The position numbers and the translations under genes are program-made. Below, piece after piece: positions 56,892 to 64,000 of a DNA stretch of 64,000 nt (positions are counted from its first letter, which is position 1; each line of letters starts with the position of its first letter). A model generated the notes under the pieces. That model worked only from the letters and a program-made list of their open reading frames with translations, ran no database searches and was not told the origin of the DNA. The stretch is from Candidatus Anstonellales archaeon (lineage in GTDB: Archaea; Micrarchaeota; Micrarchaeia; Anstonellales; J096): NCBI GenBank assembly GCA_038890615.1, contig JAWAFI010000003.1:6477-70476 (forward strand). The letters run 5' to 3'.

Positions 56892-57902
56892 TTACTGAGC
56901 TGGCTGAACCTCTTTAAGCTGGCCGTTTGAAACCTCAACAGCAACATAATCCCCAACCCTCTGGTGCACATGGTTGAACTTTATTATGCCTGTATACCCA
57001 TTCCAAGCTATTAATGTGCTTAAATAAGTAACAGGCGGAACGCCGCTTTCTATTGCATCCACTATTAGTGCTGAAGCATCAGCGCCCAAGAGCACCTTCT
57101 CGCGATTGCTTGGGGTTCCGTACTTGTTGACAAAGGAAGAAATGTACTGCTCGCCTTCTTGGGTTATTGTCTTTTTCTGGGAAACTCCCTTGAAGCCATT
57201 CCAGAGGGGCATCAGGTTCGAGGTGGCTGTGCTTATCTCATATTTGCCGCCATATACGTTCTTGGCAACGATCATTGAAAACGCCTTCTCAAGCGCCCCT
57301 GCAGCTACATTCTCATCCCTTGAAAGCACAAGCAATGCTTCAGGGTAAAGCTGCCTTATCTTAAGGAGCTGGTTGTCAGGCACAAAGAAAAATTTTTCCT
57401 CCAGCAGAACCTGACCCTTGTAATGGTTTTTTAGGGTTTCCTTGAACTCAGTTTGGCTTTCTTCATAAAGTATGGCCATCCTTTTGCTTCCTATAAGCTC
57501 GGCAAGCGCTTTTGCATACTGGCCCTCATCAGGCGTAAGCGCAAAAACATTTGAAGAAGAATAGGAGCCTATATTGATGTATAAGTTAAATGGGTTTGAG
57601 ATTGAGATGAGGTGGATGCATTCAGCGGATGGCTCATCTATTATGAAATAGGAATAATAAGAAAGGGATTCATCTGTGCATTCCACTGCAATTGCTTTGT
57701 ATCCTTTTGGTAAGGAGTAGTCAACTGTGTTGAAGAGCTCAGTGTCGCCTATAACTGCTATGTATGTTGAGGGGGTTTCTACTGTGGTATTGTTAATGAT
57801 GGTAGCATTAGGGGCAACAATAGTATCGTTACCGTTTTCCTCTGGAAAAGAGACGCAGGCAAAAAGCAAAAGGAAAGGGATTAGAAAAGCAAGCTTATTC
57901 AT
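56892..57902 (-). CDS. Lipoprotein, type I periplasmic-binding-protein fold (LivJ-like)
   Basis: Lipobox LFA|C, VFALTPD, MAILYE, GAD...LI..AI, GYTGIIKFN...RVG. Confidence 0.75.
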   Translation of the reverse strand: MNKLAFLIPFLLLFACVSFPEENGNDTIVAPNATIINNTTVETPSTYIAVIGDTELFNTVDYSLPKGYKAIAVECTDESLSYYSYFIIDEPSAECIHLISISNPFNLYINIGSYSSSNVFALTPDEGQYAKALAELIGSKRMAILYEESQTEFKETLKNHYKGQVLLEEKFFFVPDNQLLKIRQLYPEALLVLSRDENVAAGALEKAFSMIVAKNVYGGKYEISTATSNLMPLWNGFKGVSQKKTITQEGEQYISSFVNKYGTPSNREKVLLGADASALIVDAIESGVPPVTYLSTLIAWNGYTGIIKFNHVHQRVGDYVAVEVSNGQLKEVQPAQ

Positions 57903-57951
57903 GAAAATAATAAGGCAAGATATTTAAAAAGGTTGCAGAGGAACAGCGTTT

Positions 57952-58638
57952 ATGGAAACCGAGCTTATTTGGATGAAGGATTCATATGTAAGAAGCGTTG
58001 AAGCTGATATTTTGGAAATGAATGGAAGGGAGGTCTTGCTTTCAAGGACTGTGCTTTATCCAGGAGGTGGTGGATTAGTAGAGGACAAAGGAACCGTGAA
58101 CAGCATTCCTGTCACGGGCTACAGAAAGGAAGGGGGGAAGCTTTGGCATGTGCTGGAAAAGGAAGCAGAAAATAGGAAGGCCTTGGTCCAAGTAGAATGG
58201 GAGAGGAGGTATGGAATAATGAAGGCGCACACTGCAGCTCATATCCTTGCTTCAGTGATATACAGGAAGTTCGGAGCGCTCATAAGCGGAAACAAGGTAG
58301 AGCCAGGCCAGTTCAGGATGGATTTCAACGTTGATGATTTTGACAGGGGGAAGTTTGAAGAAGCAGTAGCTGAGGCAAACGAACTTGCATCACGCGGAAA
58401 GAATGTGCGAGTTTATGAGATGCCTTACAATGAAGCAATGAAGATTGAGGGGGTTGTAAAGCTTCTAAAGGGGCTTGAGCATCTGAAGATAGTTAGGATA
58501 GTTGAAATAGAGGGCATAGATATACAAGCAGATGGAGGCGTGCATGTTGCCAACACAGGAGAGATAGGCAGGATGGAAATAACTAAGGTTGAGAACAAAG
58601 GTAGGGCAAATAGGAGGGTTTACATAGCGCTTAAATGA
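57952..58638 (+). CDS. Alanyl-tRNA editing protein AlaX-M
   Basis: TVLYPGGGG, RRYGIMKAHTAAH, DGGVHV.NTGEIG, NKG..NRR. Confidence 0.92.
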   Translation: METELIWMKDSYVRSVEADILEMNGREVLLSRTVLYPGGGGLVEDKGTVNSIPVTGYRKEGGKLWHVLEKEAENRKALVQVEWERRYGIMKAHTAAHILASVIYRKFGALISGNKVEPGQFRMDFNVDDFDRGKFEEAVAEANELASRGKNVRVYEMPYNEAMKIEGVVKLLKGLEHLKIVRIVEIEGIDIQADGGVHVANTGEIGRMEITKVENKGRANRRVYIALK

Positions 58639-59182
58639 ACTCCTTAATTGAAGCAAAGAGAACTATACCCATAGCAGCCATAATTGCACCAGAACAGAAC
58701 GAGCCCTCTTCTCTGCGTGCATTTTTAGGAAGCATGCTTGTTGTCCCATCTGTCTGGAGCTTGTACTTAATGGTTATGGAGTTTATATACTGCTTTGAAA
58801 AGCCTAGCTGGCTGGCTTCAAGAATTTCGACCAGCGCATATTTGCCATCCCGGGTCTTTATGGCATACACCCCTTCCTCAACATAGTCGCAGCCAGCACC
58901 TTTGTTCAGTTCATCAAAATAGCCCCCAGAAGAAGGAACTGCAGCTATTGAATCAAAATTCCCTTGTATTTTTAGGTAGTTTGCACACCACGCAGGCCTG
59001 TCCCATGGCTGAAGAAGTATATCAACATCTTGGAACCCTACATTGTCTTCAGCTGAATATGTTTGGCCAGTGGAAAGGATTATTCCTATATCTTCATCTG
59101 TTCTAAGATTAAGCTGGCCTGTCTTAATGTCTGCAAAGCAGATTGCTATGAGCAAGGTGGCAATAAGGATGGAGCGCATCAT
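58631..59182 (-). CDS. Secreted, C-terminally anchored hypothetical protein
   Basis: Signal peptide, VYAIKTRDGKYALVEI and a C-terminal hydrophobic helix after FCSG. Confidence 0.7.
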   Translation of the reverse strand: MMRSILIATLLIAICFADIKTGQLNLRTDEDIGIILSTGQTYSAEDNVGFQDVDILLQPWDRPAWCANYLKIQGNFDSIAAVPSSGGYFDELNKGAGCDYVEEGVYAIKTRDGKYALVEILEASQLGFSKQYINSITIKYKLQTDGTTSMLPKNARREEGSFCSGAIMAAMGIVLFASIKEFI

Positions 59183-59185
59183 AAT

Positions 59186-59908
59186 TTACCCGTACATCCC
59201 TCCCAAGTCGCCATCTGATATTGCTATCTTGGACTGGATTACTGGCTGCTTTACAAGCTCCTTGAACACCTTTGCCTCTGCTTCAAGCTTTCTGGTGTCT
59301 ATTTTTATCTTCAGGAGTTGGGAAAGAACTCTGAGTGCTTTTATTGCTGCTTCCGGATCACCATATTCCTGCGCTGCAGAAACAAGCACAGCTACAACAG
59401 GTATGTTGTCAAAAGGCGCATGGGCAAGGAGCATTCCGCTAACCCCTGTTGTTGCACCTTCCTTTATAGAGGTTGCTATCTTCTTTTCCTCAAGGAGCTC
59501 TACAGAGGACCTATCAGAGGATATAACACTTATGCCTTCTGAATCTGCCTTATCCATTCCTGCAAGGCATATTATCCTGCTCACCTTTTTCTCCTTTGCG
59601 AAAGATAGTATTGCATGTGCAAGCTCTGCTGTTGCAGTTGAAGTAAGCACTGCCTCTGAAACTGCAACATATAGGTTAAGCTTCCTTGAAGCATATATCC
59701 TTATTGGAGGCAACGGTTTGTAGTTGTGTATGGCAGCTATTGGCGGTATCCTTTTTCCCTCAACAATTCCAATAAGCTCCATCTCTAAGGTATCTACAAG
59801 GTATGTTGCGGATATGCTCCCGACAAGCCCTATGCCCGTGAACCCTATTATCAATGTCGGTTTCTCCAGCAAGGCTGTTTTCAACTCCTTTATTTTAATA
59901 GTCATCAA
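59186..59908 (-). CDS. PAC2-family proteasome assembly chaperone
   Basis: IGFTGIGLVGSI, PPIRIY, GVSG.LL, DPEAA, and a C-terminal MYG HbYX-like tail. Confidence 0.9.
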   Translation of the reverse strand: MMTIKIKELKTALLEKPTLIIGFTGIGLVGSISATYLVDTLEMELIGIVEGKRIPPIAAIHNYKPLPPIRIYASRKLNLYVAVSEAVLTSTATAELAHAILSFAKEKKVSRIICLAGMDKADSEGISVISSDRSSVELLEEKKIATSIKEGATTGVSGMLLAHAPFDNIPVVAVLVSAAQEYGDPEAAIKALRVLSQLLKIKIDTRKLEAEAKVFKELVKQPVIQSKIAISDGDLGGMYG

Positions 59909-59953
59909 GTAGAGCAGGCAAAGGTTTTTAAAAAGCTTTGCTTATAGTTGGCT

Positions 59954-60112
59954 ATGGCAGGCGGAAAGATAATGCTGCCTTTTTCACAAGCAGGGATAAT
60001 GGGGCTGTCTGCAGGAGAGAAAACAGGCGGCATAGAGGTAAAGCCAGAGCATGTCCTCATTGCGTCAACGGTTATAGTCCTTATCCTTAAGGCAGTGCAG
60101 TACCTTTCCTAG
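59954..60112 (+). CDS. secG: Preprotein translocase subunit Sec61beta (missed by the ORF track)
   Basis: Hand translation: MAGGKIMLPFSQAGIMGLSAGEKTGGIEVKPEHVLIASTVIVLILKAVQYLS. Confidence 0.85.
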   Translation: MAGGKIMLPFSQAGIMGLSAGEKTGGIEVKPEHVLIASTVIVLILKAVQYLS

Positions 60113-60115
60113 GCC

Positions 60116-61189
60116 CTAAGCCAAGAACTTACTCTTCATTGACCTTGCTTTTTCAGCGAATTCTGGGGGGACAGCGATTATTACCTTCTTCCTTTTTGCG
60201 CCTGCTTCCCCCATTACCTTTATAAAGTCAGAAAATTCCTTTGCATTTTTAGGTTCTCCTGAATCAAGCACAAAAACATCCTCCCTATCTTGCTTCATAG
60301 AGGGCACGCTTACAATGACATCGCACCCAACACTATCTCTCACTTTGGCTGCAATTTCATCTGAATAGAATTCCCTTCCGATCTCAAGAACGCCCTTGTA
60401 GAGCTTTCTTCCAAGGATGCGCTGGACGTATTCCCTTCCTGAGTACTTCAGGAGCTCAGAATATGCCTGCTCATCCCCCATCCTTGCAAATTGGTGCGGG
60501 TCCATGCCTTCTTCAAGTGCCAACACTATTGCCCTCTTTGCCATCTCAGAAGCGATCCTTACAACACGGTGCTGGTAGACCGCTGAGAACATGAAAAAGC
60601 GCGCTAGCATAAATGCCTCCAATGATTCAAGACCGCTTGGATCAATGCACAGCTTTCCATCATTGCTAAGCACCATTGTTTCTATCATGCGGTCGAGCTC
60701 TATAACGCCGTATGAAACCCCTGTGTAATATGCATCTCTGTGCAGATAATCCAGCCTGTCAACGCCTATGCCGCACGAGATTATCTCCTCATGGACGCCT
60801 CTGCCAAGCAGCTCTTTCAGCGAATAATTAGGGATAAGCGGGGCTATCTCATCCTTTATTATTTCTTCCCCTAATTTCTCATGTGATCCAGCTAATTCTG
60901 ATATTGCCTCCTCCCCTGTGTGGGAGAACGGGGGATGCCCTATGTCATGCAGAAGCCCCTTTAGGCGGGCAAGCCCAACATCAAGGCCCAAGGACGAGGC
61001 AACCATTCCTGCAAGGTGGGAGGTGCCAAGCGAGTGGGAAAAGCGCGTGTGGTTGGCACCTGGATAAACAAGGTCAACGAAGCTCAGCTGCTTTACCTTG
61101 CGCAGCCTTTGGAAAGAAGAAGAATCAATAACCTTTTGCTCATCTTCAGTAAATCGCATAAGCCAATGGAGCGCATCCTTTATGTACAT
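60116..61189 (-). CDS. HD-superfamily phosphohydrolase (SAMHD1/dNTPase-like)
   Basis: FQRLRKVKQL, HTRFSHSLG, LLHDIGHPPFSH, DRLDYL.RD, VYQH. Start at ATG 61189. Confidence 0.93.
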   Translation of the reverse strand: MYIKDALHWLMRFTEDEQKVIDSSSFQRLRKVKQLSFVDLVYPGANHTRFSHSLGTSHLAGMVASSLGLDVGLARLKGLLHDIGHPPFSHTGEEAISELAGSHEKLGEEIIKDEIAPLIPNYSLKELLGRGVHEEIISCGIGVDRLDYLHRDAYYTGVSYGVIELDRMIETMVLSNDGKLCIDPSGLESLEAFMLARFFMFSAVYQHRVVRIASEMAKRAIVLALEEGMDPHQFARMGDEQAYSELLKYSGREYVQRILGRKLYKGVLEIGREFYSDEIAAKVRDSVGCDVIVSVPSMKQDREDVFVLDSGEPKNAKEFSDFIKVMGEAGAKRKKVIIAVPPEFAEKARSMKSKFLA

Positions 61190-61191
61190 CC

Positions 61192-61878
61192 CTAAACCTC
61201 TGAGAAAATCCCTTCCCTCGGCTCCTGCACAACTCCTTCCTCGCGCATCAGCTGGAGAGCGCACCTTACCAGCTCAGGGTCTTCCCTAATTGCTGTTGCT
61301 ATTTCAATATGGGTCATTTCTTCCTTCAGGGCCTTAAGTATGAGTTCCTTTTCCTTTTGGTAAAGCATTGTGCTCATTATGTAAAATTTTAAGTCAAACC
61401 CCCTTATGCCCTTGAAGAGGTTCTGCTCGCCAGCTTCAGAGATGAGCTTCGAAAGCGCCTCTGCCTCCTTCTCATCCTCAAGTATTATGAAGCCCTTCCT
61501 TTTCAGCTCTGAATATGAGGCGTTGGGCTCTGGGTCTTTTGTGCCCCTTCTGAGGATTTTGTCAACAATCGCCTTGTTGACAGTGTAAATTGTTTCGCCT
61601 GATTTTGTGCGGTAGGTTTTTACAGAGCCCTTTTTTATGAGGGAGCGCAATGTTTCTGCTTCTTCTTTTGAGAGCTGCCTGTCTATTGCCTCCTTCTTCC
61701 TGTTTTCCAGCCTTATCCCCACGAGCTTTTTCAGCAGGGCGTCCTCTGCGCTCTTGCCTTCCTTGGGCTTTGCAATAAGCAGGACTATATCCTCCCTTAC
61801 CTTTAGCACCTCTATGTCCTTGCCCTCAAACTCTTCCAAAGAAAGGTAGGTGATGCCATTTATCCTAGTGAGCTTCAT
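61192..61878 (-). CDS. Hypothetical protein with possible C-terminal winged helix
   Basis: MTHIEIATAI...LVRCALQLMREEGVVQE. Confidence 0.65.
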   Translation of the reverse strand: MKLTRINGITYLSLEEFEGKDIEVLKVREDIVLLIAKPKEGKSAEDALLKKLVGIRLENRKKEAIDRQLSKEEAETLRSLIKKGSVKTYRTKSGETIYTVNKAIVDKILRRGTKDPEPNASYSELKRKGFIILEDEKEAEALSKLISEAGEQNLFKGIRGFDLKFYIMSTMLYQKEKELILKALKEEMTHIEIATAIREDPELVRCALQLMREEGVVQEPREGIFSEV

Positions 61879-62410
61879 CAGAAAACACCTCTGCCTCAAA
61901 AACATAGAGCTTGGCGCTATTAAATTCTTTTGGCGACATGCCTGCCTTATGCATTAAGGCCTCAAGGAATTCCTCCCTTCCCATTGAATTCTCGGTAGCG
62001 ACCTGCGGAAGAAGAAGCCCTGCCTTCCACCCTCCCTCAACCATTATCCCATGCTTCCCTGGGATTACCTCCTCTGGCCTCGCCTCCTTGAAGGGGGTCA
62101 ATATGCTGATTTCAAAGCTAAGATGAGGAAGCTCAGGAGGCCGCACAGGGTAAAAGCGCGGATCCTCAAATGCAGCAAGATAGGCGCTCTTTACTACATT
62201 GAGGATTATCTCCCTCTGCTCAAGCACCCCCATGCAACCCCTAAGCTCCCCTCCTTTTGACTTGATTGTAGTGAAGCACATGCCTTTGGCAAGCAGGGCT
62301 TCTGAGATGGGCTTTGGGTAAGGTTCATAAAAACCATTTTGGGCGTAATCAGAAACTGTGGAGCGTGCAACCTTTAACAGAAAGGCTCTTTCTTTTTTTG
62401 AAAGGGTCAT
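61865..62410 (-). CDS. AMMECR1-family protein
   Basis: FTT...LRGCMG, AAFEDPRF, EISILT, GKHGI, GLLLPQVA, KAG. Confidence 0.93.
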   Translation of the reverse strand: MTLSKKERAFLLKVARSTVSDYAQNGFYEPYPKPISEALLAKGMCFTTIKSKGGELRGCMGVLEQREIILNVVKSAYLAAFEDPRFYPVRPPELPHLSFEISILTPFKEARPEEVIPGKHGIMVEGGWKAGLLLPQVATENSMGREEFLEALMHKAGMSPKEFNSAKLYVFEAEVFSDEAH

Positions 62411-62799
62411 CTCACAAGCACCCTTGTGCCATCTTTCTGCAGGTACACTGTCTTTTTCTGGTTTATGTTCTCAAAGACAACCGTTGCGTTTACTCCTGCA
62501 TCAACGAGAATTTTTGTGACTCTTTCAGTGTCTATTTCTTTCTTTAGGGTAACTACAGAGCACATCCCGTCTTTCTGCGCAGCGCAGTATGCAATCATTG
62601 AGGCAAGCGAATCCTCGCTTTCTATATCAATTGAAGCCGAATAGTAAGGCTTGCATGGGGATAGCAGGAAAAGGGTTGAGGAAACAGAGCAATAGAAATT
62701 CTCTGCAGTTCCCCTAAGGATTGGCAGGAACTCAAACAAAAGCGAAATGCTTATGAGAGCAATTATCACATAAGCAACTGTCCTTAGCGCTATCTCCAT
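62407..62799 (-). CDS. Small N-terminally anchored protein (possible pilin-like)
   Basis: MEIALRTVAYVIIALISISLLF helix; coupled to the upstream pilus-type genes. Start is uncertain (62799 or 62814). Confidence 0.5.
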   Translation of the reverse strand: MEIALRTVAYVIIALISISLLFEFLPILRGTAENFYCSVSSTLFLLSPCKPYYSASIDIESEDSLASMIAYCAAQKDGMCSVVTLKKEIDTERVTKILVDAGVNATVVFENINQKKTVYLQKDGTRVLVR

Positions 62800-63131
62800 T
62801 ACTCCTCCCTCCAAAGATAAACATAAACAATCCCATTCTCTTTATATACTTTAAGGTTGTTGGGCTGGGTAGTGAACTTCATAACCCTGAAGTTTTCCTG
62901 CTTAAGGTCCTGCAAAGAGAGGGAGCCCTGGACACTCACGCTGCCCACATAGCATAGGCCATTGCATTCCTTAGAAAGCTCCTCTATCAAGTTCGCCATA
63001 CCTTGGCTGTTTACATTGGTAGAAATGGGCTTTGACTGCTCCATATAGTATGAAAATAGGGTGAAAAGCACTGCAGTGGTGAAAAGTAGCACTACTATTT
63101 CTATGAGCGGCGCCTCGCTATAAGCCCTCAT
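62799..63131 (-). CDS. Small N-terminally anchored protein (possible pilin-like)
   Basis: MRA|YSEAPLIEIVVLLF followed by a hydrophobic helix; ATGA overlap with the upstream gene. Confidence 0.5.
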   Translation of the reverse strand: MRAYSEAPLIEIVVLLFTTAVLFTLFSYYMEQSKPISTNVNSQGMANLIEELSKECNGLCYVGSVSVQGSLSLQDLKQENFRVMKFTTQPNNLKVYKENGIVYVYLWREE

Positions 63132-64000
63132 ACCGCTGCTACCTCTGGCAGGAATGATAGAAGAGGGTAGGTAATTGAGAGCACTGCAACGTACACTATG
63201 AGCCCAATGGCTATGTTGGTTGATATGTTGGTTATGCCCAAGCCATACTTCACTGTATGCTCAAGATAGGAAACTATCACAACCATCTCTATAACATATA
63301 TTCCTATTAGGAACTGGAGCATGTAAGCAGATATGACTGTGGAAGAAGTAGAGAAAAGCGGAAGCCCCGTTATGCTGGGGAGAGCAAGGGAAGAGGTGTT
63401 GGCAGAAAGCAGGGCAAGGAACTTGACCATCATTGTGCCCAGCCCTATTGCGATCCCGCCCACAAGCGGCACTATGAATATTCCTAAGAGATTCAATGTT
63501 GAGGTTATCTCAGAAAACAGCTCCTTTGTCTCGTCGTCCAGCTTCTGCAATGAGGTGGTGTAATCCTCTATGTGGAGCGCAACCTGCGCAGCGCCTTCTG
63601 AGCTTTGATGCCCGCTCTCTTTCAGAAGCTCAAGCATCGCTGTGTAGAACTGCCCCCCAAAAAGCATTTCCTTAGAAACCTCCTTCTCAGTGGTTTCATA
63701 AGGAATGCCGGCAGAGAAGTTTATGTAAAACTTGTGGACAAGCTCCTTGAATTCCCTAAGCACCGTGTCCTTCTTGCTCAAAAGCGGCTCAAGGTGTATG
63801 CTTGAAAGCTTGAAGTAAACAAAAGCAGCTGCGCCAAGGCCGATCACTACTAGGACGCTTTTTACCAAAAGCGCAAAATCATCTTCAAAGTAATCGTGCA
63901 TGGGTATTAGAAAGGTTGCAGATATTAGTGCAAACACAGCCATCGCTTGCAGATAGGGCTTTGGCTTATCAGAGGGGCGCACGAATAAGTTAAGCAGGCT
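63128..64000 (-). CDS. Multi-pass membrane protein, probable TadC/FlaJ-like pilus platform protein (5'-truncated)
   Basis: AGIPYE, GAAQVALHIEDY...L...L and FIVPLVGGI pattern of archaeal T2SS-F-type domains; several TM helices. Confidence 0.55.
   Translation of the reverse strand, partial: SLLNLFVRPSDKPKPYLQAMAVFALISATFLIPMHDYFEDDFALLVKSVLVVIGLGAAAFVYFKLSSIHLEPLLSKKDTVLREFKELVHKFYINFSAGIPYETTEKEVSKEMLFGGQFYTAMLELLKESGHQSSEGAAQVALHIEDYTTSLQKLDDETKELFSEITSTLNLLGIFIVPLVGGIAIGLGTMMVKFLALLSANTSSLALPSITGLPLFSTSSTVISAYMLQFLIGIYVIEMVVIVSYLEHTVKYGLGITNISTNIAIGLIVYVAVLSITYPLLSFLPEVAAV

Noticed and set aside
58520-58550. AlaX has DGGVH rather than CGGTH
   Set aside because: I recall Asp variants in archaeal AlaX-M proteins, so this is not evidence of a new function.

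Overview
This window is archaeal chromosomal DNA, very probably from a small-genome DPANN archaeon. Micrarchaeota-like is my inference from the divergent unlinked 16S rRNA, the compact overlapping genes and a tRNA with a non-canonical intron. Most of the window is housekeeping: translation and ribosome biogenesis (hisS, gltX, ABCE1, NMD3, uS2/uS9/uL13/eL18/eL40, Rpo10, Rpp21, Dph5, AlaX, an m5C methyltransferase), lipid and isoprenoid genes (mvk, polyprenyl synthase, CDP-alcohol phosphatidyltransferase), glmS, cysK, scpA/scpB, atpD and Sec61beta. RNA genes are a stand-alone 16S rRNA with its own processing stem, four tRNAs and an unannotated C/D box sRNA. The most unusual elements are: (i) an AT-richer four-gene operon (20259-27649) encoding a tandem MoxR/dynein-type AAA+ ATPase and a 1201-aa HEXXH + acidic linker + MIDAS-VWA partner; (ii) a tRNA-Pro(GGG) with a 10-nt T-loop intron; (iii) a giant membrane protein paired with a Cys-rich lipoprotein that carries an apparently inactivated lytic-transglycosylase-like domain; (iv) a TPR-AAA+ fusion with a hydrophobic C-tail; and (v) dispersed, divergent type IV pilus/secretion genes. 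I saw no CRISPR array, transposase or integrase. All family assignments come from reading motifs by eye, not from database searches.
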